Origin: an uncultured bacterium
GTDB lineage: Bacteria > Krumholzibacteriota > Krumholzibacteriia > Krumholzibacteriales > Krumholzibacteriaceae
Assembly: GCA_963813815.1 (NCBI GenBank)
Contig: CAWFAD010000007.1
Location: forward strand, 320,001 to 384,000
Length of the DNA: 64,000 nucleotides
Reading direction: 5' to 3'
Shown here: piece by piece, positions 55,219-64,000 of the stretch
Position numbering within the stretch: position 1 is the first letter of the stretch
Layout: each line of letters opens with the position of its first letter
Position numbers and translations under genes: made by a program
The notes under the pieces: model-generated
Told to the model about the DNA's origin: nothing
What the model saw: only the letters and a program-made list of their open reading frames with translations
Databases searched by the model: none

Positions 55219-56601
55219 ATGAAGCACGCCGCATTGCCGCCGCATATCTTCCGCGAGTACGACATCAGGGGCGTCGTCGACGTCGATCTCACCGATGACG
55301 GCGTCCGCCGGCTCGGACTCGCCGCCGCGGCCGCCTTCGCCCGCGAAGGCATCGTCGAGGCGGTCGTCGGACGCGACGTCCGCCGTTCGAGCGATCGGTA
55401 TTTCGAGGCGCTCACCGCAGGGCTCCGGGCCGGCGGCGTGAACGTGATCGACATCGGAGCCGTTCCGACGCCCGTTTTCTATTTTGCGGCGAGGCGATGG
55501 GGCCATCGCGGCGGCGTCATGATCACGGCGAGCCACAATCCAGGGCACTACAACGGTTTCAAGGTGCTCCGCGGCGAAAGCACGATCTACGGCGCCGACA
55601 TCCTCGAGCTTCGCGATCTCGCCGAGGCGAACCTCCCCGAGCCGGGCGGGGGCCGTCTCGAGAGACGCGAGGCGCGGGGGGAGTACGTCGAATACGTCTC
55701 GCGTTCCGTCACCGTATCGCGGCCGGTCGCCTTCGCGGCGGACGGCGGCAACGGAACGTCCGGGCTCGTCGCGGGGGAGCTCTTCGCCGCGCTCGGCGTG
55801 CGGCCGATCGAGCTCTTCATGGAACCGGACGGCGCATTCCCCAACCACCATCCCGATCCGACGGTGCCGGAGAACCTCCGCGTCCTGCGGGACACCGTCC
55901 TCGATCGACGCCTCGAGTACGGCGTCGCCTTCGACGGCGATTCCGACCGTATCGGCGTCATCGACGACCGGGGGGAGATCCTGTGGGGAGACCGGCTGCT
56001 CGCGCTCTTCGCGCGCGACGTTCTCGCGGCTCACCCGGGATCGACGGTCATCTTCGAGGTCAAATGCTCGCAGGCCCTCGAGGATGATATCGTCCGGCAC
56101 GGCGGCAAGGCCGTCATGTGGAAGACGGGACATTCCCTCATCAAGAAAAAGATGCGCGAGACCGGGGCGCTCCTCGCCGGCGAGATGAGCGGGCACCTGT
56201 TCTTCGCGGACCGCTATTTTGGCTTCGACGACGCGCTCTACGCCGCGTGCCGGCTGCTCGAGATCGTGTCGCGGGGGAGCGTCCCGCTGAGCTCGCTCCT
56301 CGCCGATCTCCCGCGTTTCGAGACGACGCCGGAGATCAGGATCGATTGCCCCGACGAAGAGAAGTTCGCGGTGGTCGAAGCGATCCGGCGACGGTTCGCG
56401 AAGGACCGCCGGGTCATCGACGTCGACGGAGCGCGCATCGTCTTCGACGGCGGCTGGGGGCTCGTGCGCGCGTCGAACACGCAGCCGGTCCTCGTGCTCA
56501 GGTTCGAGGCCTCGACGCCGGAGCGCCTCGCCTCGATCCGCGGCGAGATCGCGGACGCGCTCGCCTCGTACGTCGACGTGTCGTCGCTCAGGGAGGGCTG
56601 A
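55219..56601 (+). CDS. phosphomannomutase/phosphoglucomutase
   Basis: IFREYDIRG, ITASHNP, FDGDSDR, GEMSGH, VRASNTQP. Confidence 0.94.
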   Translation: MKHAALPPHIFREYDIRGVVDVDLTDDGVRRLGLAAAAAFAREGIVEAVVGRDVRRSSDRYFEALTAGLRAGGVNVIDIGAVPTPVFYFAARRWGHRGGVMITASHNPGHYNGFKVLRGESTIYGADILELRDLAEANLPEPGGGRLERREARGEYVEYVSRSVTVSRPVAFAADGGNGTSGLVAGELFAALGVRPIELFMEPDGAFPNHHPDPTVPENLRVLRDTVLDRRLEYGVAFDGDSDRIGVIDDRGEILWGDRLLALFARDVLAAHPGSTVIFEVKCSQALEDDIVRHGGKAVMWKTGHSLIKKKMRETGALLAGEMSGHLFFADRYFGFDDALYAACRLLEIVSRGSVPLSSLLADLPRFETTPEIRIDCPDEEKFAVVEAIRRRFAKDRRVIDVDGARIVFDGGWGLVRASNTQPVLVLRFEASTPERLASIRGEIADALASYVDVSSLREG

Positions 56602-56606
56602 TACCC

Positions 56607-57680
56607 GTGTACGGCGTCATTCTCGCCGGCGGCAAGGGGAAACGGTTCTGGCCGCGAAGCCGCGCGGCGAGGCCGAAGCAGTTTCTCGACATTGCGGGCG
56701 AGGGCTCGATGCTGTCGCTCACCTGGCGCCGCCTCTCGGCTTTCATTCCGCCCGAGCGGATTCTCGTCGTCACGGTCGATGAGCAGGCACGGCCGGTCAG
56801 GGAGGAGCTCCCCGCGCTTCTTCCCGGCAACGTTTTCGTCGAGCCCGAGGGCCGCAATACGGCTCCCGCCATCGCCGTCGCCGCGGCGCTCGCGCGGCGC
56901 CGGGGCGCCGCCGAAGAGCCGCTCCTTGTTTGCCCCGCCGACCACTCGATCCGCGGAGAGGCGGAGCTCGGACGCATCGTCGCCGCCGCCTCGGCTCTGG
57001 CCGGCAAGCGGGACGCGCTCGTGACCTTCGGCGTCGTGCCCGCGTTTCCCGCGACCGGCTACGGCTATATCGAGTCCGGGGAGAGCGTCGCCGTCGAGGA
57101 TGGCGTTTCGTTCTTCGAGGCGAAGCGGTTTCACGAGAAGCCCGACGCCGCGCGGGCGGCGGACTATCTGCGGGCGGGAACCTATTTCTGGAACAGCGGT
57201 ATATTCCTCTGGCGGCCCTCGGTGTATCTCGCCGCGTGGGCGCGTTTTCTCCCCGAAGGCGTCGCGCCGCTCGAGGCGATCGAGGCGGCGATCGGAACGG
57301 CCGCCGAGAGGGAAACGATCGAGCGCGAGTATCCGCGCCTTCCGGCGATATCGGTCGACTACGGGATTCTCGAGAAGGCCGGGAACGTCGTCGTGGCGCC
57401 GGCCGATATCGGATGGAGCGACGTCGGGTCGTGGGACTCGCTGTTCGATATGCTCGCCGCCGACGCGGCGGGCAACGCCGGCGCCGGCGGCCGGGAGCTC
57501 GTCGACTGCAAGCGGAACCTGTTTTTCAATCCGGGCGGTTTCACCGCGGCGGTCGGTGTCGACGATATCATCGTGGTCGTGGACGGCGGGACGGTGCTCG
57601 TGTGCCGGCGCGGGGAAAGCCAGCGGGTGCGCGAGATCACCGATTCGCTCGAGCGCAACGATCGAAAGGAATTGCTCTAG
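56607..57680 (+). CDS. manC: mannose-1-phosphate guanylyltransferase
   Basis: ILAGGKGKRFWPRSR..PKQF, EPEGRNTAPA, TGYGYI, FHEKP, WNSGIF, WSDVGSW; no cupin domain; start codon uncertain. Confidence 0.92.
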   Translation: MYGVILAGGKGKRFWPRSRAARPKQFLDIAGEGSMLSLTWRRLSAFIPPERILVVTVDEQARPVREELPALLPGNVFVEPEGRNTAPAIAVAAALARRRGAAEEPLLVCPADHSIRGEAELGRIVAAASALAGKRDALVTFGVVPAFPATGYGYIESGESVAVEDGVSFFEAKRFHEKPDAARAADYLRAGTYFWNSGIFLWRPSVYLAAWARFLPEGVAPLEAIEAAIGTAAERETIEREYPRLPAISVDYGILEKAGNVVVAPADIGWSDVGSWDSLFDMLAADAAGNAGAGGRELVDCKRNLFFNPGGFTAAVGVDDIIVVVDGGTVLVCRRGESQRVREITDSLERNDRKELL

Positions 57681-57721
57681 TCCGGCCGGGGACGCCGGTC
57701 GACGTTCGGAAGGAGGATTCG

Positions 57722-58945
57722 ATGTTCGCGAGGAGAGCGGCAATCATCGTGCTCGCCGCCGTCGTCGCCGCGTTCGGCGGTTCGTGCGGCAAGCAGAAGG
57801 AAGAGGGCATCAAGATCAAAGAGGGGCTCTCGGCCCGCGTCGCCGATTACAAGCTCACCGACGAGGCGGTGAACCGCCGCTTCGAGGAGCTTCCCGAGGC
57901 GCAGCGCAAGGAGTTCAAGGGCATCGAGGGAAAGGCGAAATTCGTCGATCGACTCATCGAGGAGCACCTCCTCTATCGGGCCGCGGTCGACGCCAAGATC
58001 GACCGCGAGGACGAGATCAGCGAGCGTCTGCGGTGGGTCACGATGAACCTGCTCGTCGCCGAGTACTTCAACCGGAACATCGGCGGCAAGGTGAAGATCG
58101 AGGACGCGGACGTCGAAACGTACTACCAGGAGCATCCGGAAGAATTCCGGCAGCCGTCCGTCGTGCGGGCGCAGTATCTCCTCTCGGCCGATAGCCTCAA
58201 GGCGGCTTCCTGGCGGAAGAGGATTCTCGGCGGCGAGAAGATGACGGACATCGCGCACAAGGAATCGGAAGACCGGGCCACGGCCGCCGAGGGCGGCGAC
58301 CTCGGCTACTTCAACCTCGGGGGTTACATCAAGGGGATCGGCCAGTCCGCAGCTTTCAGCGCGGTCGTCGAGAAGCTCGAGATCGGCAAGATCAGCGACG
58401 TGTTTCGATTCGAGAAGGGGTACGCCGTCGTGCGCGTCTCGGAGAAGAATCCCGAGAAGCATCTGACGCTGGAGGAGGCACGCCGCACGATCACCGGCAA
58501 GCTCCACGGCGCGAGGGCGGAGGATCTCTACCATGCCGAGATCGAGCGGCTCAAAAAGCAGTACGAGTCCGAGAACTACGTTCGGGAGCGGATCGCGACC
58601 ACGAAGCGCACCGCGGCCGAGCTCTGGGAGATGGCTCAGATGGAGAGCGATACGCACGCGCGGATCCAGTTCTACCGCGACATCGTCAACCAGTACCCTC
58701 AGGAGAAGAACGCTCCCGAGGCGCTCTTCATGATCGCGTTCACGTACGCCGAGGATCTCAAGGATTTCGTTCAGGCGCGCCGCACCCTCGACGAGCTGAT
58801 CGAGAAGTATCCGGCGAGCGGGATGATCGATTCGGCGAAATGGATGATCGAGAACATGGGCAAACCGGGGTTCGACGTCGATACGCCGGAGGACGTGCAG
58901 CGGCGGGCCGGGGAAGGCGCGACCGCCGGGAAGGCGGGCTCGTAA
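57722..58945 (+). CDS. parvulin/PpiC-type peptidyl-prolyl isomerase lipoprotein with C-terminal TPR domain
   Basis: GGSC lipobox, SED..TA..GGDLGYF..FS..LEIGKISD parvulin motif, then YP..APEALFMIAF..LIEKYP TPR pair. Confidence 0.82.
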   Translation: MFARRAAIIVLAAVVAAFGGSCGKQKEEGIKIKEGLSARVADYKLTDEAVNRRFEELPEAQRKEFKGIEGKAKFVDRLIEEHLLYRAAVDAKIDREDEISERLRWVTMNLLVAEYFNRNIGGKVKIEDADVETYYQEHPEEFRQPSVVRAQYLLSADSLKAASWRKRILGGEKMTDIAHKESEDRATAAEGGDLGYFNLGGYIKGIGQSAAFSAVVEKLEIGKISDVFRFEKGYAVVRVSEKNPEKHLTLEEARRTITGKLHGARAEDLYHAEIERLKKQYESENYVRERIATTKRTAAELWEMAQMESDTHARIQFYRDIVNQYPQEKNAPEALFMIAFTYAEDLKDFVQARRTLDELIEKYPASGMIDSAKWMIENMGKPGFDVDTPEDVQRRAGEGATAGKAGS

Positions 58946-58953
58946 GCGCCGCC

Positions 58954-59436
58954 ATGGAACTCGTCGAGGTATTCGTTCGTGGAATCGCGCTCGATCAGGA
59001 GCGCCGGCACCCGGTCGTGCTGCTCCGGTCGGAGGAGGAGGACGAGATTCTCCCGATCTGGATCGGCACGGCGGAGGCCACGGCGATATTCACCGCGCTC
59101 GCGGGAAAGTCCTTCGAGCGGCCGATGACGCACGATCTCCTGCGGATCGTCATCGACGTGCTGGACGCGACGGTCGACCGGATCGAGATCACCGGCATCC
59201 ACGCCGACACGTACTTCGCGCGCATCGTGCTCCGGCACGGCGACGACACCTTCTACGTCGATGCTCGCCCGAGCGATTCGATCGCGCTCGCGCTGCGGGC
59301 GAACGCGTCGATCTTCATCGATCACGAGCTGTTCGACTCGTACAAGCGGCCCATCGATCTCGGCGCCGAGGAAGACGACGTCCGCCGGCGGCTCAAGGAG
59401 CTCGATCCCGGAGACTTCGGAGAGTTCGAGGCGTAG
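58954..59436 (+). CDS. bifunctional nuclease family protein (DUF151)
   Basis: LPIWIG..EA.AI, RPMTHDLL, DARPSDSIALALR. Confidence 0.92.
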   Translation: MELVEVFVRGIALDQERRHPVVLLRSEEEDEILPIWIGTAEATAIFTALAGKSFERPMTHDLLRIVIDVLDATVDRIEITGIHADTYFARIVLRHGDDTFYVDARPSDSIALALRANASIFIDHELFDSYKRPIDLGAEEDDVRRRLKELDPGDFGEFEA

Positions 59437-59451
59437 CGAGGGGGGAGCGCC

Positions 59452-59991
59452 GTGATAGAATCCTTCAAGGGAATCCGGCCGCGCATCGGCCGGGACGTGT
59501 TCGTCGCGCCCTCGGCCTGGATCATCGGCGACGTCGAGCTCGGCGACCGCTCGAGCGTGTGGCACGGCGCCGTCGTCCGCGGGGACGTGTGCCGGATCCG
59601 CATCGGAGAGCTCTCGAACATACAGGATCTCTGCGTCTGCCACGTGACGACGGGAGGGCCCGAGCTCGTGATCGGGAGCGGCGTGACGGTCGGCCATCGC
59701 GCGATCCTGCATTCGTGCGTCGTCGAGGACACCTGCCTCATCGGCATGGGGTCGGTGATTCTCGACGGCGTCCGCGTCGGACGGGGTTCGATCGTGGCGG
59801 CGGGAAGCGTGCTGCTCCCGGGGACCGTCGTGCCGCCCTGCTCTCTCGTCGCCGGCGTTCCCGCGAAGGTGAAGCGGGAGCTCGACGGGACGGAGGCGGA
59901 AAGGCTCGCGCGGAGCGCCGAAGCGTACCATGTCCTCGCGATGTCGTATCGCGGGCAATCGCCGGATCATCCGCCGGAGGAGCGTGCATGA
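59452..59991 (+). CDS. gamma carbonic anhydrase family protein
   Basis: IIGDV, VVRGD, SNIQD..CH, TVGHRAILH hexapeptide repeats. Confidence 0.92.
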   Translation: MIESFKGIRPRIGRDVFVAPSAWIIGDVELGDRSSVWHGAVVRGDVCRIRIGELSNIQDLCVCHVTTGGPELVIGSGVTVGHRAILHSCVVEDTCLIGMGSVILDGVRVGRGSIVAAGSVLLPGTVVPPCSLVAGVPAKVKRELDGTEAERLARSAEAYHVLAMSYRGQSPDHPPEERA

Positions 59992-61109
59992 GAAACGTAC
60001 TTCGAGCTGCCGTCCTGCTCGGCGCCGCGCTCGCGGCGGGCGTCGCCGGGGCCGAGGAGTCCGCCAAACAGAGACAAACGGCCACCCTGAAAATCGGGGC
60101 TCTCTGCCCGCTCGAGGGGCGCTACGCCACGCTCGGCGAATCGTTTCTCCGCGGATCGTCGATCGCGCTCAAGGAGGCGAGGTTGCGGGGAATCAAGAAC
60201 ATCGAGCTCGTCGTGGGCGATACGCGGGGCGCGCCGCTCACCTGCCGGGCCGTGGCCGAGAGGCTCATAGAGGAGGAGCGCGTCGACGCGCTCCTCGGCG
60301 AGGTTCTCAGCTCCTCGACGATCGCCGCGGCGCAGGTGGCCGAGCTCTCGCGCGTCGTGCTTCTTTCGCCCGTCGCGACGGAGGAGGGAATCGACGACAT
60401 CGGTGGTTGGGTGTTCCAGACCTCGCTCGGCGCCGAGACGGAGATCGCTGCTCTTTCCCGGATGGCCTGCGGGCGCCTCGGCCTGAGGCGCTTCGCGTAC
60501 CTCTCGACCGATGACCCCGCCTCCCGGAGAGGCGCCGCGCTCTTCTCCGACGAGATCGAGCGGCTCGGCGGCCGCCTCGTCGCCGCCGAGTTCTACCCGG
60601 CCGGTAGCACCGATTTCACCGAAGTCCTGAACCGCCTCGCCGCCGCCGCGCCGGAGGCGCTCTATATCGGTTCGGAGATCGAGGATCTCATTCTCATCCT
60701 GCCGCAGCTCTCTTTCCACGAGTTCGGTGTGCAGCTCCTCGGCACGAGCGCGTGGGATTCCCGGCGTCTCATCAGAATGGCCGGGAAAGACCTCGAGGGG
60801 GCGATCTTTCCCGAGGATATCGGGACGCGCAAGGCCGAGCAGCGGTTTCTCGCCGCCTGCGCCGCGGTGAACGAGGTTCCCGGCGAGCGCAACCAAGTCA
60901 TGATCGGCGCCTACCAGGGCACGCGGATGCTCGTCGAGGCGATGGCGAAGGTGAAGGGTGGCGGCGAGGCGCTGCGCGAGGAGATGTCGCGGACGCTCGA
61001 GAAAAGGCGCCATCCCTATCTCGATCTCGTCGCCGGCGACGGCATTCCGTTTCGCATCGTGCGCGGCGAAAAGCTCGTCGATTTCGAGGCGCTCCGGACG
61101 GCGCGCTAG
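59988..61109 (+). CDS. periplasmic binding protein type 1 (LivK/LpoA-like)
   Basis: signal peptide, KIGALCPLEGRYATLG, LLGEVLS, LLGTSAW. Confidence 0.78.
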   Translation: MRNVLRAAVLLGAALAAGVAGAEESAKQRQTATLKIGALCPLEGRYATLGESFLRGSSIALKEARLRGIKNIELVVGDTRGAPLTCRAVAERLIEEERVDALLGEVLSSSTIAAAQVAELSRVVLLSPVATEEGIDDIGGWVFQTSLGAETEIAALSRMACGRLGLRRFAYLSTDDPASRRGAALFSDEIERLGGRLVAAEFYPAGSTDFTEVLNRLAAAAPEALYIGSEIEDLILILPQLSFHEFGVQLLGTSAWDSRRLIRMAGKDLEGAIFPEDIGTRKAEQRFLAACAAVNEVPGERNQVMIGAYQGTRMLVEAMAKVKGGGEALREEMSRTLEKRRHPYLDLVAGDGIPFRIVRGEKLVDFEALRTAR

Positions 61110-61774
61110 CGGCGCATCTCGTACCGCACGAGGAAGCTCACCCAGAACGAGACGCCCTTTCCCCCCTCGCGGATCGGTTCGAAGAGAAACTGTCGGAGCG
61201 CCCGGAGGGACGATTCCTCGAACGAGCGCGGGCCGTAGGACGTCCTCACGTACGCTTCGCCCACGCTGCCGTCGGAGGAGATGTACGCTTCGACGAGCAC
61301 GTACCCTTCCTCGAGCGCGGCGAGCGCGTCCGCGGGGTATTCCGGCTCCACCATGCGGAGGATCACGTAGTCGAGGCGATAGGGAACGGGCGCCCGCGAC
61401 GCGTAGCTGCGGAACTCGAAATCCCCCGGAATCTCGGGAGCCACGATCGAAGGGCGCGTCGTTTCCGCGGGCCGCGGCGCGGGCTCGTTGCCTCGGTCGC
61501 GCCGCGGGCGGTCGAGCCCCTCGATGAACACGTTCTGGACCACGAGGGCGGTTCTCTGCGGGGCGACGATTCCCTCGGGCGTGCGGTCGTTGAGGACCGA
61601 GATCTCCGGCCGCAAGGCTTCCGGTCCCCGGTACCCGAAGAGAATGATGCTTTCAACGAGATCGACGCGGGCGAACGCCAAGAGAAGTATCGCGTGCGCG
61701 AGCAGGACGGGGAGAACGATGAGCGCGAGCCGTCGCCGGTACCTTCGATCATACTCGCCGATGCTGATCATCAC
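61106..61774 (-). CDS. TonB C-terminal domain protein (energy transducer)
   Basis: N-terminal TM helix with His, PEYP..A..EEGYVLV..ISSDGSV, F.P motif; its stop overlaps the convergent gene's stop (CTAG). Confidence 0.8.
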   Translation of the reverse strand: MMISIGEYDRRYRRRLALIVLPVLLAHAILLLAFARVDLVESIILFGYRGPEALRPEISVLNDRTPEGIVAPQRTALVVQNVFIEGLDRPRRDRGNEPAPRPAETTRPSIVAPEIPGDFEFRSYASRAPVPYRLDYVILRMVEPEYPADALAALEEGYVLVEAYISSDGSVGEAYVRTSYGPRSFEESSLRALRQFLFEPIREGGKGVSFWVSFLVRYEMRR

Positions 61775-61864
61775 CGCCGGGTGGCGCCTCCCTCCTCATC
61801 AATATCGCCGCCGGGACGCCGGGGTGTCAAGCCCGGCCCGCGGTGGGTCCCCCCGCGAGACCGT

Positions 61865-63949
61865 TCACTTGCCGGCGGCCATGATGCGGACCGTCGCTTC
61901 GAGCGTCCGTTCCGCCGCGAGGCGGATCCAGGCCCCGTCCTCCATGAGCCGCTCCGTCGCTTCATCCTCGACGGCGCCGCAGTAGATCTCGACGGCGGCG
62001 CAGGAGGTCTGCTGGAGGAAGAGACTCGACCCTTCATGGACGGCGAAGGCGCCGCCCGGAGGAAGAGTGGAAAGCGAAGCGGCGAGCGAATCGGCGGCGA
62101 GCCTTCCGCGCGCGCTTCCTGGGTAGTGGAACGCGAGCCGCGCTCCGCCGGTTCCACCGGGCGCCGCGCCGGCGCGAATGCCGATGGCGAGCTCGGCGCC
62201 GGAACGGTTCGCGGCGTACACGCGCTCCTGCGCCGACAGCGTTTCTTCACCTTCCCGCGTGAGCGCCACCTCGGCGCCGGCCTCCTCGAGGAGCTCGCGG
62301 AGGCTCCGTGCTATGGCGAGGTTGACCGAGGCGCCGCGCAGCCCCCGCCGGCCGAATCCGCCCGGCTCCGCGCCGCCGCCGCCCGGGTCGATCGCGATGC
62401 GCCGCCCGGCGAGAACCCCGCCGTAAAGAGGTTCGAGCTCGACGACGCTCTCCGCCGCCGGCGAGCCGCCCCCGATCGCGGCGAGCGCGACGGCCGCGGC
62501 ACGGTAACCGCGCGCGCTCACCCGGAGCGTTTCGCCCGCGGCCGAGCGCGGGAGGAGCAGCGCGCCGCGCGGGTCGCCGGCGACGCTGCCGAACGACGAC
62601 GACGCCGCGGAGGGCCGGGGGACGGGGCGGCGCGTTCGCGCGTCGATCACGAGCATGCCGATCTTGTCCGTCGGGTCCAGTGCGGGGAAGCCGATCGTAT
62701 CCGAGTAGGCTCCCGCCGATACGATGAACACGTCTCCGGCGTCGGGGGGGCGCTCCGCCGTGAACCGGGCGATTCCGCCGCGGCACGCGTCGGCGAGCTT
62801 CCACCCGCGCCGCGGCGCCGAGAGGACGACCGGTGTTCCGTCGGCGACGGGCATGGCGAGCTCGTCGAGAATCATGAGGGAGAGTTGCACCTCGGCGCCG
62901 AAGGGCCGCGGCACGAGCGGCACGGCGTGACGCGCGGGGCGGTTCAGCAGGACGGTGAAGGGCTTGCTGCGCCCGGTGGCTCCGCGCGCGCTCCGTACGG
63001 ACGCCTGCACGGCGTAGGGGCCGTTCGGAAGCTCCCCGTCCATCGGCCAGCGGATGGCCGACGTGTCGGGGTCGACGATCGGGACGACCTCGCTCGCGCC
63101 GATCGTGATCCGCGCCGAAGCGGGATCGAGCGGCACGCCGGCGTCTCCGCGCACGCTGAAAACGAGCTCCGCGGGCGCGGCGACGGTATCGGCGACGGGG
63201 GCGCGGCGCTCGACGGACGGCACGCCGCGCGAGAAATAATCGACGAGCCCGAGAAAATAGGCCTGAGCCTCGAGCTTTTGCTTGTCCGCGAGACGGAGCC
63301 GGTTCTCGACGAGCGGATGCGAGAGATAGCTCGCCTCTCCGAGCACGGCCGCGTGCGCGGCGGAGGATCGCAGGACGAGATAGTTGCCCGGTTTCACCTC
63401 CGCGGCGGCGATGCCGAGGTTCCGCGAGAGGTGAACCTGGACCGCCTGCGCGAGCTCGAGGGAGGGTCCCGGGTCGTTCGAGCGATAGTACGCCTCGATT
63501 TTGTTGAGGGCGCGGTCGAGGGCGAGGTTCGAGTTGTGGTGTATCGAGATGAAAACGTCCGGATCGAGCTCGTTCGCCGCCTCCGAGCGCGCGTCGAGAT
63601 CGTCCCGCGCCTCGGTCGAGCCTTCGGGGAGCCGGTCGCGGTCGGTTGTCCGGGTGAGATGGGCATCGGCTCCCGCGTCCGCGCACAGCCCCCAAAGGTA
63701 GAGGGCCACGCCGAGATTCGCGTCCGCCTCGCGCAGGCTGTCGAGCCCGACGGCGCCGGCGAAGCTGCCGCCGTGGCCGGGATCTATCACGATGCGTTTG
63801 CCCGTGAGAACGCCCGCCGGAAAATCCTCCGGCCTCTCGGCGAGGTCCACATAGATCCGCTCGACGGGGGGCGCCGTCTTCGGAGCGCACCCCGCGGCGA
63901 GAACGCATCCGGCGAGCGCCGCGGCGACGGGGAATCTTAATTGGTTCAT
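61865..63949 (-). CDS. N-acetylmuramoyl-L-alanine amidase lipoprotein with two Amidase_3 domains
   Basis: LAAGC lipobox; IVIDPGHGG..E..SIHHN..VLGE first domain; second IAIDPGGGG..LTR..LSAQERV..AN domain; AGGAG RBS. Confidence 0.88.
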   Translation of the reverse strand: MNQLRFPVAAALAGCVLAAGCAPKTAPPVERIYVDLAERPEDFPAGVLTGKRIVIDPGHGGSFAGAVGLDSLREADANLGVALYLWGLCADAGADAHLTRTTDRDRLPEGSTEARDDLDARSEAANELDPDVFISIHHNSNLALDRALNKIEAYYRSNDPGPSLELAQAVQVHLSRNLGIAAAEVKPGNYLVLRSSAAHAAVLGEASYLSHPLVENRLRLADKQKLEAQAYFLGLVDYFSRGVPSVERRAPVADTVAAPAELVFSVRGDAGVPLDPASARITIGASEVVPIVDPDTSAIRWPMDGELPNGPYAVQASVRSARGATGRSKPFTVLLNRPARHAVPLVPRPFGAEVQLSLMILDELAMPVADGTPVVLSAPRRGWKLADACRGGIARFTAERPPDAGDVFIVSAGAYSDTIGFPALDPTDKIGMLVIDARTRRPVPRPSAASSSFGSVAGDPRGALLLPRSAAGETLRVSARGYRAAAVALAAIGGGSPAAESVVELEPLYGGVLAGRRIAIDPGGGGAEPGGFGRRGLRGASVNLAIARSLRELLEEAGAEVALTREGEETLSAQERVYAANRSGAELAIGIRAGAAPGGTGGARLAFHYPGSARGRLAADSLAASLSTLPPGGAFAVHEGSSLFLQQTSCAAVEIYCGAVEDEATERLMEDGAWIRLAAERTLEATVRIMAAGK

Positions 63950-64000
63950 CGACCACTCCTTTGCACGGATCGGGCCGTTTCGCGCTCATTCTTCATCAAA

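Noticed and set aside
60752..63940. 1062-aa plus-strand ORF, and many other long overlapping ORFs (for example 47860..50865, 37262..39946, 44375..47323)
   Set aside because: Arg/Ala/Pro-rich shadow frames expected at very high GC, lying over genes with clear motifs
1..64000. CRISPR arrays, transposases, integrases, prophage or defence systems
   Set aside because: No repeat-spacer arrays or recognisable mobile or defence protein motifs seen; the window is nearly fully accounted for by core genes

Overview
Very GC-rich, gene-dense core-genome segment of a diderm, probably anaerobic bacterium. Gene content and order suggest an FCB-group candidate lineage such as Krumholzibacteria or Latescibacteria, but this is inference only. 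Almost everything is on the + strand. In order, the window holds: murB; a small surface-glycan locus (flippase, GT-C-like membrane protein, Asn-synthetase-like protein); an OPT transporter with a methyltransferase; an uncharacterised lipoprotein/beta-barrel/TPR cluster; iscS-mnmA; seven tRNAs, including all four tRNA-Ser; a 2-oxoacid:acceptor oxidoreductase operon whose delta-subunit slot holds a DsrL/GltD-like NAD(P) flavoprotein; an orphan prepilin; tadA (apparently frameshifted); the long Alu-containing SRP RNA; dnaX-ybaB-recR-mglB-mglA; pgpA-cinA-thpR-recA-recX-alaS with three inserted genes; a second glycan locus (SLBB export protein, gmhA, two GT4s, a WecA-CapD-like fusion, O-antigen ligase, UbiA-type phosphoribosyltransferase, DUF362); ispE-spoVG-tRNA-Gln-prs-rplY-pth; rpsF-rpsR-rplI; manB/manC; and envelope genes ending in a tandem-domain amidase. 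I found no mobile elements, CRISPR arrays or rRNA. The best candidates for undescribed biology are the flavoprotein-containing POR complex, the WecA/pseudo-dehydratase fusion, the UbiA-DUF362 pair, and sigma54-type promoters ahead of the pilin and recR-mglBA. All calls come from motif recognition by eye, with no database searches.
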